A stretch of DNA of 64,000 bases from Macrostomum lignano (Eukaryota), in contig NIVC01003188.1 of assembly GCA_002269645.1 (NCBI GenBank), positions 49,240 through 113,239 of the forward strand, given 5' to 3'. Below, in pieces: positions 50,969 to 62,944 of this stretch. Below the pieces are notes generated by a model. It saw only the letters and a program-made list of their open reading frames with translations, ran no database searches and was not told the DNA's origin. Both the position numbers and the translations under genes were made by a program. Within the stretch, counting starts at the first letter, position 1, and every line of letters starts with the position of its first letter.

Positions 50969-53900
50969 TCAAAAGCGCGTGTCAAAGTCAACTTCGTTGA
51001 TGATAACTGGCTGCACCCGGTGCCGACCTGTCGAGCGAATATTTCTGAGCAGCAGAACCAGCGGGTGGATCAGGGACACGCAGGTGAGGCCGGCAAGGAT
51101 GCAGTTAATCTGCGGTAATTGACAGCTTCTTTGATAACCTTTTCGGTTGAAAGTATACCGAGTTCAAAAACTGGCAAATCCAAGAGTGCTGAGCTCACCG
51201 TGTCCGGGTCGCTCGACTCCTGCAACCACTGAGTGAGCGGCACAGTCAGGAATGCGAAAGGCGCCATTGTGCAGATGATTGCACAGTAAACTGTGCCAAA
51301 GTTCTCCGGCTTGAAGCTGCAAGATCGGGTTGCGTTAAGATTGATAAAGAAACTGACAGGCAAAAGAATTGACAGAGATATAATCCGACAGGCGGTCGGG
51401 TATACAGTTCTGCTGCAGACTCACACAGAGATGCAGTAGTTGCCGAGCGTAGAGTACATGAACGCCCGGAACACTGAGATTGCAACAAAAGTAGGAATGA
51501 GGATTCCTGTGCTGTTTGGCAGCATCATCAGACAGCTGATCGCTCCGATGAGAGCTGTCAAGGTCAGCGTGGTCACAGTGTTGAGCTTGTATGATCGGTG
51601 GCTGTTCTGGCGCACTGAAACGGGCAGGTGAGTTTGCAAGTAGAGTAGTGCATGCTTTGGCGGCTTTCTTACTTAGAATAATAAACGAAGCAAAAGACAA
51701 TGCCATAAATTTGCTTTTTAATGGCGGGCACATACGAGGTCATGCTAGGGAGAGTCGTTACTTGGAAGTTGCTATGAGCTAGCTTACAAAAAACTTGAGG
51801 TGGGGTCTGAGTCAGTACTCTGCAGAGACCCCAACTCGTTCACCCTGAGGTGACCCCAAATCTTATAGTTGGGGTACACCTCCCCATACAAGGGGAGCTG
51901 CGCCGTCAACCAGTTAGGCAGTTACGCATTAGAGTGCTGGCGCACACGCTTGCACCCGTCGCAAGCAGACGGTCCCGCCAATCCGCTTTTTGATTGCGAT
52001 TCTCCGCCAGGGAGAGAATAAGCTAATAGCCATATTTACGTAGCATATTTTTGGCACTGACAATACACTGGAAAACAGATCTATCCTTACGTGTCGGTAT
52101 GAACCGCTTCTGCAGGTCCAGCAGCAAACCGGGAAGCAGCGAGACCAGCGGACTTGTCAGAAAAAAATAGCCAAACATGGTAGCGTAGTGCTCCACCAGA
52201 TTCTTGTCTCCATCGGTGATCAAGTCCACGTAGTCGTTTAAAGAGCCGAAGAAATAGCTTAGCCGCAGGCTGTTGCAGATCATCCACAGGACCATGAGGA
52301 AGAAGTCTGTTGTCAGAAGGAACTGTATGGCTGAGCAGCGAGGATTTCTTTCCTGAAAAACCCAATTGCATTTCGTCTAGCTGAAGATAAAAAATACTCA
52401 AATATTCGTAGCAGAATTGTGAGCACCCTGGCTCAACGCCTTCAGCAGTATTGTCCCTGCTGACCCTGAGCACATACGAGCTGCAAGCACGCGAATACTG
52501 TACGCAGCAACGCACTCAAACACACCGTCACAGTGTGTAAAGCAGCCTTGACTTTCTAATCGTCTGTCTAATCGTCTGACTTGTGTACAATTTTTCGTAC
52601 ACAAGCCCCGAATGAATGTCTTTGCGCACGGAATCAAGCCGGGGTAGTGACGCGAGAGTCAGACGAGTTTACCTCTGAGGTGCTCTGCCCCCACCTCATT
52701 GACGTAACTTCAAACTAAGTATTACTAAGTCTGTTACTATTCAAATAAGAGGTTGCCAACCTCGCTGGCATCAAAGATCTCAGTGGGTTTCACGTTTGAT
52801 TCATTCTTCTCTTCATGTTGCTGCTGCTGAGTTTCCTTGTTCGAGTTGCAACTGGGTTTCTGTTTCTGGGTCGCCGGGCCTGAGTCCACCTGGAGCCGGT
52901 TGTACTTTCCAGGGTAGAGGGCGACAGTCAGGCTGATAGTCAGCACACCGAGACCTGTGTACACTCCAAATGCGATGAAGCTGTTGACGTTGCTGCGAGA
53001 TATTTGCTGAATAAGAGGTAAGAGATGAGAGGGTAATGTTGTCTAATAGGTGTTGAGTATCATTCAAGATGGACATGGGCACACTTATGATTAGCTATTA
53101 TGGCTTCTAGTTAGCATTAGTGCACTGAGTCATCTATCTGTTCACCTTAAGCACTGAGGTCACCATTGTGCAGGCATCGAACAGGCCGCTAATTATCGAA
53201 GCGACCACGAACGGAAATTTCACCATGGTTGACAGCTGCAGGTTGGACATGATGATCTGAACGCCGGAGATTCCTAGCATGATTGTGCCAGGAAATATCA
53301 GCCAGTCGACTCCTATCAGATTTTAATGTTGGAATTAAGTGAAAACTTTTATGGTTTAAGGTACGGAAAAATGATTCAATCAGGTTGTTTTCTAGAGTAT
53401 TTACGTGTAGTATGCAACAAATTTCCATCATTTTCAAGATACACTCTAGTGTCATTCCAATAACAAATCAACGAAAAAGTCAGCATGCAAAATTCGAGCT
53501 TGTTTTGGAAGGTCAATTTAGGGTCAGGCACTGCAGACAAGCTCCAGCCTTTCTGTAGAGGTTGTGAGAAGTCTTGTCAGTTCCGATAAAACGAATCATA
53601 TGGTTGAAGCAGCCACCAATGCAGGATAGTCTATAGGCGTAGCGCTGTACAGAGCCTCGGATCAGATGAGGGTACATTTCTAGACGGGATTGCAGACGTA
53701 CAAAAGCTTTGTGACTGCGTAACAAGTGCGTTTCATTCCATAGATTCGACTCCGTCCGATTAAAACAACTAAGTAACAACTCTAGCGACTGAGCCTGAGC
53801 GAAATTTCTATTTTTAGCTGACAACGGGAGGCGTAGCAGCAGAAGCAGCTCAAACCAGACCGTCTCCCAGTGCAAATTAAAAGTGCAAGGCTTAAGCCAA

Positions 53901-54641
53901 GGCAAGACAACAAAATTAACTTATGTCAAAGAGTACTTCATGTACTATCCAGCCCTCGGCTTCGTTCGCGTTACAATAATAGAGTCTACCTATGAGTACT
54001 GGAGTTGCTGACTGTTATATTATAAATAGTTGTGATAATCAGGTTTAACTACTACAGTTAAGAAGGTTTCTAAAGCAAAAATTAAGCCGTAAAATCTGAC
54101 TATGCTGTGTCTTTAAAAAACAGCTGACTCCTAAAGATTCGTAGACGAGGGACAATGGTGTCAATTAGCATTCATTCAGTCGCTTTTTAAATTTACGTAG
54201 CCGTGACTCAGTACAGCGCATCCCCGATATCAATCTCTCCCGCCATTCACACCACTCACCCGGCTGCACCAGCGTGAAGCAGAGGCTTCCCAGCCCGAAC
54301 AGCGCCGCAGCGATGGTCTTCACCACTCGGAAGCCCCAACGGTCCAGGATGAACCCGGATGCGACATTGCCGAACGGTGTCACCACCTGGGTGATGGTGA
54401 ACGCCAGAGTGATCTGATCGCGCGCTGCAGAACAGCTAGCGGTGGCGTTGGCGCCAGCTGTGACATTGGGTGCGCACAGGTGACTGTAGACACCGCGGTC
54501 ATTGAGCACGGGAACCAGAGAGACCACGCCATAGGCTATACCGGAGAAGAGCAGAGTCTCGAGCATGGCGAGACCGATGGTGACGGCGATGCGCAGGTTG
54601 GAAGGCGCTGCCAGAGGCGGCTTCTTCTCGCTGTCAGACAT
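50969..54641 (-). CDS. SLC43A3: SLC43-family transporter copy 3; exons 54641-54260, 53312-53146, 53006-52761, 52352-52091, 51614-51425, 51316-51199, 51109-50969 (501 aa)
   Basis: Same 7-exon structure and phases, open throughout. Confidence 0.85.
52495..52695 (-). mobile_element. SINE family 2 copy with tRNA-like head
   Basis: The minus strand reads GGGGCAGAGCACCTCAGAGG...GGCTTGATTCC...TTCGGGGCTTGTG...ACGATTAGA. Confidence 0.6.
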
Positions 54642-55745
54642 GGCTAATGTACTTTACTGTTTCTTCAACAGCTGGAGCTCAGTTAGTAGGAAAAAGGTTT
54701 TATTTTAAGTTGAGTTGTTTTAAGCGGTTTGCGGAGGATAGAGAGGGAAAAACCGCAGCCAGTGAGAACAGGTTGCAGACTTGCACTTAGCTGCCGACTT
54801 TGAAGAGTTCTTTAACTATACCGACTAGATTGGATCGAGTGCACCGAAATATGAGGGCTATCTGTGTCCTCTAATATAGAGATGTCCTCTAATATCCATA
54901 GAGATTTTTTAACAGTCATTGTTAATGGAGCGTACTCGTACTAACCAATGTGTTTATTAATGTTTCTAGCCAAGATTTTATTGGACGGAAAGTGCAGCGC
55001 CCAATGAGAAATTGAGGTATAATAGTTCTAGATTTGATATTGCTTAAATGTTTTAAATTATTTAATATTGCTCAATGTGTTATAAAATTCTTTTAAATAC
55101 AATTTTGTTTATATTATAATTACTATTTACATACCTACAAATGGGTAATAATTTTGATACCAGGTTCGGGTTCTGGATTAGGTGTTCGGGTTTGGGTTTT
55201 CGGGTCGGGTTTAGGGTCGGGTTTTCGGGGTTTTTGGATTTAAAGGAAATATAAACTTTAGCTATTTTAAAAATAAATTTCTCCCAATGTCGTTATGCAA
55301 CGCTTTTTAAGTATAAAAAGGCGAATATCTAAACTTCTAAAAACCGAAATCAATGCCAATTACCAAGTCTTCTAAACTGCGCCCATTACATGTAGTCCCC
55401 ATTTGGTCGAACCTATGCTATGCAATTGTTATAAATAATTATAATAGTAAATAACGACCAATTTTTTTGTTTTTGAGGTAGATGCAAAAGTTTTTAATTA
55501 AAAATTTTAGGGTGTTCAGCCTTTATTATTTATTTATTTTACTTTATTTACATGTACTTTATTTTTCCAAAAGCACAATATAATTTTTATGCCTTTATGC
55601 TACTGGCATTGCAGCTGGGAGGGTACAGAATATCATTTCTATGAGAGGAGATGTTTATACTTCTATTAGCACTGAACAATTTTAGGGAAGATCTTTCTGG
55701 CCAGTGAGGAATCAAGCGCGCCACTACAGACAAAAATGAGTGCTA

Positions 55746-57994
55746 CGAGGGATACTCCAAAAGTTTTGCAATTCGACTAGTTTAAGTTACTACTGTCAAA
55801 TTTCTCTATTATAATCTTTCAAAGTAGGCTCCCCAGAACTGAAAACACTTGTGCGCTCGTCCGAGCCACTTGTTTATGAGGCCCTGAAACTCTGTAATTA
55901 GGAAGCTACCAATCGCTTTCTTCGACGCCTGCTCAAGCTCCTCGTCGGACTGAATCCTGCGCCCCCTAAGCGACTTTTTGACTTCTGGAATAAGTCAGAA
56001 GTCACAGAGGGCGAGGCCTCGGGAGTAGGGCGGGTGTGGTAGCGTTGCAATGCTCTCTTAGTCCAGTAGCGCTTGAGTTGCAGCAGGTGTGTGGGCGGGG
56101 GCTTGTCGCGGTGAAGCTTCCACCCTCGCTAAAATCACGACTAGCAAGCACTCTTCAGTATACCATCGAGCAGTGACTGTAGCTTGACCCTCCAGCTTTA
56201 CCATCGCCACTACGCCCTGGGAATCGAAGAAGAAGGCAAACATCCGCTTGTCCCGGCCCTGGGACCGGGACCATCTTGCCTTCAGGGTTCGTTGCCCACC
56301 TCCAGCCACCCACTCTGCACTTCTGCGCTTTGTCTCGCCGTCAAAATGATACAGAAACATCTCATCACCAGTGATGACTTTAGAACGGTGATGATGGCTG
56401 CCGTGCTCATATTGATCGATGAGAAACTCGCAGAACTCTATGCGGGCCTGTTTCTTAGCACCTGCCAGGATGTAGGTATCCATCTTGCAAAAAGGTTCCT
56501 GACTGTCAGGTGATCGTGTAGAATCGTAACGACCGCTGCCGATCCGATGCCAATGCAGAGATCTCCAAACATGGTAGCCTACTAGAAGTAGTAAGATAAA
56601 ATTTTGAACACCAATTTAAAAATAGCTATGCGTGATACTCTATTTTTAGTAATACCAGTAACATCACGCAGACAGCGAGTGACTATGCTACTGTTCGAAA
56701 AACTGGTTCTCAACATCTATTTTTAGAACTTTCAAATATGGTACATGTTAACCTGAATGTGACCCAAGTCTCACCCTTTTCTATTCAAAAACCCCACCTG
56801 TCAAATAATAAAATTCCTTTTGTGACCTCATCAAAAAACCGGTTTTGAGCTCAAGGTCAACTCAAGGAGTCAAGGCCGACAAATTGTGTATAAATGCAAA
56901 CGCAAAATCCGAGCTAAAAATCTCAGACTCGGAGCAGCCTCCAAAGATCTTGGGCTTTGCAAGAGCAGCCAAACGAGGCTATATCTCTGAGGAAGAGATA
57001 AACACCAATTGGTAAGCTTTGTTCGAGTCTTCGTTATTTGATTTTTGAGAGCGATTGTTATTGCCGGCCGTTACTGTTCAGTTGATTTTATTGATTTTAT
57101 TGAGTTTCAGGCCTCCCTTTTCCTAAGGGATTGGATGGGATCTGCGGACCGATTCCGATACCCTTAAAGGATTATCGATTGATTGATTTGGTTTTCCTAG
57201 AGTAACCGATAGGAGCACAGGACTCCGATTCCGTTAGTTCTAGAAGAAGACGCCCTTTCTGGAGGACCTCGTTATTGTTATAGAGTTGACTTTGTTATTA
57301 GAGCGCGTCTCTGATTTCTGCAATCGAGGAATACTTCGACGTCGACGGATTAAATTGTTACGCTCTCGCGTTCGGCCGATTTATAGAATTCAAGAAGACT
57401 ACTCCGGAGGAAAAAGATTTGAGAAACGAGCTCGGAGAACCTGCCCAACAAAGAAGAGGAGCCCGCAACAGTAAGTGATCACTGCATTCTGTTCCCAGGC
57501 TTAACGTCTGGAAGTGAGAGTTTTTTGAGTGACTGATCACCACCCGATTAAACTTTTCACCGACATTCATATCTAACATGTCCGTGGTGATTCGCTGAAC
57601 CTGATGGATCAGCTCCTGTACTGCATCGATGGTTTCTTCCGTCACTGCTGTCGGAGGTCTCCCGGGCCGGGGGTCGTCAGAAAAACTGGTCCTGCCGGCC
57701 TGGAACTCGCGGTACCAACGTGAAACTGTAGCATATGTGCTACAGTGCTTGAGTCTCCGATGCTGCCAGTAACTCGGCATGAGTCTCAAGCGCCGTGAGC
57801 TTTCGCTTGCAACAGTACCAAATCAGTAGCTGGTTTTGCTCGCAATTCAATTCCATGGCTGCAGCTGTACAGTTAAGGAGTCACTGACTTTGAATAGGGG
57901 CTGTGCAGGCGTATATGCATGAATTAACTTTAAAATTGAGGTACGGACTACACGCGCAAGTGGTTGAATTGCAAAACTTGTGAAGTAACCCTCG
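55746..57994 (-). mobile_element. Decayed mariner (Tc1/mariner) transposon with a nested ~1 kb insertion
   Basis: TIRs CGAGGGATACTCCAAAAGTTTTGCAATT (from 55746) and AATTGCAAAACTTGTGAAGTAACCCTCG (to 57994), each flanked by TA. Transposase remnants TVSRWYREFQAGRTSFSDDPRPGRP, VITGDE, MFAFFFDSQGVV and HPPYSRGLALCDF, with frameshifts and stops. Confidence 0.9.
56554..57574. mobile_element. Unclassified ~1.0 kb insertion splitting the mariner transposase
   Basis: AACATG is duplicated at both ends; removing the insert restores ITTDM-FGDLCIGIG. Confidence 0.7.
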
Positions 57995-58502
57995 TATGTA
58001 TGTAACCATACGGACAGACTTGTGGCAATAAGTCTCTAAAAATGCGAATTCCCTTTTGACTACTGGTCTAGTCAAATGCACTCGTGTAACGGGTGTCCCA
58101 AAAAGGGCAACTTTTGTAACTCACTCCTGTCCAGCACTTTTTACGCCATTAGGCAACGCTGCATACGAAACGAAAACATCTGTAAATGATCTGTCAAACA
58201 TCGCACTCGATTCAAGCACTGAGTACAGGAGCTGTAGCCCTAGAAAATAGGCAGCTTTGCACTTGGGCGAATGCAGATCATGGACAGCATCTTCCGGATC
58301 GGATTTGCGTCAGGGGCCGACACTGTCTCTTTTCTAAAGCAACTTCCGCCATTTGTCTCGGGCTAAAGCTCCTGATACCAGATTGAGCTACAGTTGTTTT
58401 GTTTCGGCATGTCGCGTAGCCTAGAGATCACGGTGTAAGAGCGCCGTTGATTCATTGGTGCACCGCTGGTGTGAAGCCGATTTTATAATATTGAAATCTA
58501 AA

Positions 58503-58666
58503 GGCCAGTTCGCATTGTCGCTAATAGCTCTGATTGGTCACAGATTGCTTGAATAAATTATTTCGTATAAAATGGGTCTGAATCAACTGAACATGGATTT
58601 CAGCCGGCCTTTAAAGGCTTGTTCACATCGGTTGCAGTCGGCGGTTCATAACCAATGCGAACGGGC
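58503..58666. mobile_element. Possible PIF/Harbinger-like MITE
   Basis: Imperfect TIR GGCCAGTTCGCATTG / CAATGCGAACGGGC; no clear TSD. Confidence 0.3.
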
Positions 58667-59415
58667 AGTGAGAGATGCATTGTCACCTTGAGTGAGTTAT
58701 CGAGCTGTTTATTGTACAATATGTGATGGTTGCTTATCAGTTGTCATATTTAGTAAATTTAAGTAGAGCTTGAGCCATTTTGAGTAGAAACTCATTAAGG
58801 CTGCTCGAAACTACCCCATAATACGAGTGTATTAAAAAACGAGGCTCGAAATATTTTGAGCAGTGTAAGAACTTCGGGCGAATTTCAAATCCAGGACGCT
58901 ACCCCTCGGCCAAGAACTCAGCCTCCGACGAGCAAAGAACGAAGTTAGCTTATACATATCGTCATTGAAGAAATGTATTCAGAAACTACAGTGCTTATGA
59001 TTCTTTATACGCCTTCAACCATTCAGTTTCTCATCGTGCCGACCTCTTTCGGCAAATCTTTATTTATGCGCGGTGCAGCAGGGAGACAACTTTAATTGAA
59101 AAGACAAAAAGAAGAAGAAAACTGTAAAGTGCAGCTCCACGGTAACCATGGGGTGGGGTTGCATGCCAAACTACTCGAACATTGCCTAATAAGTTTGCAA
59201 ATTAATAATTTACATGTAAATTCTAAATCTGCTCGTTTCTTGGAAATAATGGCAATCGGACATACAAAGGCGGTGAAAATTGTTAGAGCTAGGGTACGCA
59301 CTAACTACGTCTTCGAATAAAGGAATTCGTTGGCCAAATTAAAGTACAGAAGAGCCGACTGACACAGCCGAATGCCCCAGCGTCGAAGCAAATTTTCTCA
59401 GGAGCCCTCGCGACC

Positions 59416-62400
59416 TCAGAAGCGCCTGTCAAAGCCGGCGCTGACTTCAAAACACGGCTGGCTGAACCTCGTACCGACCGGTCGGGCGAATATTTCTGAG
59501 CAGCAGAACCAGCGGGTGGATCAGGGACACGCAGATGAGGCCGGCCAGGATGCAGTTAATCTGCAGGGGATTGACAGCTTCTTTTGTGCGGCCAAGTGGG
59601 TTTTTGATTAACAATAAAACATCTTTTGAGCCCTGAGCTCACAGTATCCGGGTTTCGAGAGTCCTGCAACCAGCCTGTGAGCGGCACCGTCAGGAATGCG
59701 AACGCCGCGGCTATGCAGACGATGCCTGAGTTCACAATGCCAAAGTTCTCCAGTTTGAAGCTGTGTAACCGGGTTGGGGACCGGATTTCATGAGCTTTGA
59801 CAGTTGGGATATATAAAAGCTGACAGACAAACCGCCAGACAAAGACCACCATGCACTCTGACATACCAGCACAGTTGTTTGGAACTCACACAGAAATGCA
59901 GTAGTTGCCGAGCGTAGAGTAAACGAAGGTCCTGAACACTGAGAACACAACAAATGTAGGGATAAGACTGTCTGTGCGATTCTGCAGCATCATCAAACAG
60001 CTGATCGCTCCAAACAGAGCCGTAAGACTCAACGTAGTCACCATATTAAGTTTGTAAGACCGGTGGTCATTGTGATGCACTAAAATGTTTACGAGGATGA
60101 AATGTCGATGATGTCAACGTATGGTTTTGCAAAGTTACTGCAATGCTTCTGATGTGCTTTTGAGCCGTTTTTTTCTTAAATCGATTACACACTCGTATAC
60201 CTACCTACCGAAAAGCCATTTTTTGTATACCGGTATGGATCTGATATAAGATTATTAATTAAACTAATTGGTAACAGAACTATCCTCACGTGTCGGTATG
60301 AACCGCTTCTACAGGTCCAGCAGCAAACCGGGAAGCAGCGAGACCAGCGGACTTGTCAGAAAGAAATAGCCAAACACGGTAACGTAATGCTCGACCAGAT
60401 TCTTGTCTCCATTGGTGACCAAGTCCACATAGTCGTTCAAAGAGCCGAAGAAATAGCTTAACCGCAGGCTGTTGCAGATCATCCACAGGACCATGAGGAA
60501 GAAGTCTGTTGTCAGAAGGAACTGTATGGCCGAGCAGCGGGCCTTCTTTGTCTGATTATGAAAATATATAAAAAGACTAGGTGAGCTGCAGAATGTAGGT
60601 ACGCAAAAATCATGTATCATGTGCAGTAGCATTCAAAAAATATTTTTTTAAGTATTGATTGGATTGTTCCAGGATTAAATTTCTAACAGCTTGACAAAAA
60701 CAGTCCATAGAATGGAAGATCTCGTTCAGTAGGGCGAATCGTACATGTAGCTCGTAAAAGCGCAGATGGTACCAACCTTGCTGGCTTGGGAGGCCTCAGA
60801 CGATTCCATTATCGAGTTGCAACCAGGCGAACTAGACAAACTGGGCTTCTGTTTCTGGGTCGCCGGGCCCGAGTCCACCTGGAGCCGGTTGTACTTTCCC
60901 GGGTAGAGGACGACAGTCAGGCTGATTGTGATGTGTTCCTTATTACCCGACTTTTGATAATCAAGGAACAATCACTTCTAGCTCAACAGCTAGGCAACCC
61001 AGTTAGTCAAACGAAGGTATTCAATTACCTTTAATCCGGATTAGGATTTCTTGAGTAGTTCTCGCTAGGAACTCGTCAGTATCTCGTGTAGATCTAGTCA
61101 CTGTCTTGGATCCGCTTCTCTGGTCCTGATTCTTCTTTTGCTTCCAACGAAATTACTTCCGGCCGTATCTGCAGTCCAGGACCAATCAGAGGCCTCGTAT
61201 CAACAATGGGTACCCTGCCGCCGAACAGCGGTTTGAATTAAGCCTCCTCTTCTAGCAGTGCCTTTATGCACTCTAGGTATGGCTCCGGAAACCACTGATA
61301 GTCCTTTAAGATCTATCAGGGGCAGTCCTTCTGGAGACTGCAACCAATGGAGTCTAAACAGACTCAAGAGTCTCAACAGACCCAAATAGACTCAAGTCTC
61401 AATAGACTTGAGCGAGACGTTCTAAACAACAGGCGCAAATAAGGAAGGCTTACCGCAACAACTCGACGAGTCTTCTGTAGAAGTCCTGTAGTGGCTTCCT
61501 TTTCGGAGCTCTTCTCCTTCCGGAGGAATTGTGGCTCCGGGTCCGTTCCGGACCACTTGTATTTATAGGCGTTCAGACCTCTCTCGAGGTCGTACATCAC
61601 TGTCTTCGCAATGTCAAAGGTCACGATTCGGTGGCTGTCAAGCATGACAGGGTAGAAAGTTGCGCATAGTCTACGGTAAAAGCGCATGATTGGTTACCGT
61701 AGCTGGTAGACTTGATTGGTTCATCCGGGTGCAACCCGAGTGCAAACCAAATGATGACTTGAAGGTGGGGTTTGAATTGACAGTTGTTGGTCGCACGTGA
61801 TTGGGTGATTTCTAAAATTAGCATGCTCGAGGTCTCTCTCTTCCTATTGGTTAGTCCGAATATACTTATAGTTCAAAGCATACCTTTATTCATGCTCTTC
61901 AATTTACTACTAAATAAAATGTGTGAGTAGTACATTAACACTTTTATGTCTTCTTACGGGAGGTAGAACATTCTACAATTGTGAGCACGCCGATACCTGT
62001 GTACACTCCGAATGCGATGAAGCTGTTGACATTGCCTCGAGATATTTGCTGAATGAGAGGTTGAAGATAATGGGGTGTCTACTAGCGTCTAATAGCGTAT
62101 ATAAGTGCACCCGAAATGATTAATGCTTGTACTCACAACGAGCGCTGACATCACCATAATGCAGGCGTCGAACAGGCCGCTAATTATTGAAGCAACCACG
62201 AACGGAAATTTCACCATGGCGGCAAGGTGCAAGTTGGACATAAAGATCTGAATACCGGAGATTCCAGTACGATTGTGCCAGGAAAGATCAGCCAGTCGGC
62301 CCCTATTTGTTAAAGAATGTTTTAACTGCCATAGACGAAGAGGATCAGAAAGACCAAGTAAACTTATTCTTACGAAGTATTTGTTGGGCACTCTAAGCTC

Positions 62401-62944
62401 ATAGAGTCGTAGAGTGTGAGCACACAAGTTTTACAGCTGATATTATCTGTGAGAACCACAGAACTTACAAGTGTACCACAGAACTGCGTACAAGCTCCGT
62501 CAAGTATTTGACTGGGAACATCAAATATGAGTAATTGCTGGTGTATTGGGGAAAGCACGCTGACTCAACTCTCTCACCCGGCTGCACCAGCGTGAAGCAG
62601 AGGCTTCCAGTCCGAACAGCGCCGCAGCGACAGTCTTCACCACTCGAAGCCCAACGGTCCAGGATGAACCCGGATGCGACATTACCGAACGGCGTCACCC
62701 CTGGGTGATGGTGAACCCAGAGTGATATGATCGCGCGCTGCAGAACAGCTAGCGGTGGTATTGGCGCCAGCTGTGACATTGGGTGCGCACAGGTGCCGTA
62801 GACACCGCGGTCATGAGCAGGGAACCAGAGAGACCACGCCATAGAATAGACCAGAGAGCAGAGTCTCCAGCATGGCGAGACGCGATGACGGCGATGCGCA
62901 GGTCGGAAGGCGCTGAGAGGCGGCTTCTTCTCGCTGTCAGACAT
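59416..62944 (-). pseudogene. SLC43A3: SLC43-family transporter copy 4, disrupted; exons 62944-~62578, 62302-62137, 62048-61978 + 60928-60777, 60551-60290, 60079-59890, 59760-59643, 59560-59416
   Basis: Exon 3 is split by a 1.05 kb insertion. There are many 1-2 nt deletions in exon 1, a 1-nt deletion in exon 2 and an extra T giving an early stop in exon 7. Exons 4-6 are intact. Confidence 0.8.
60929..61977. mobile_element. Probable solo LTR (TG...CA, 4-bp TSD ATTG) inserted in exon 3 of SLC43 copy 4
   Basis: GCTGATTG|TGATGTG ... TTCTACA|ATTGTGAGC versus uninterrupted GCTGATTGTGAGC in copy 1. AATAAA occurs near 61912. Confidence 0.72.

Noticed and set aside
55165-55235. Interstitial telomere
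   Set aside because: Only one TTAGGG-like unit occurs among TTCGGG/GGGTTT variants; it is more like a transposon subterminal motif.
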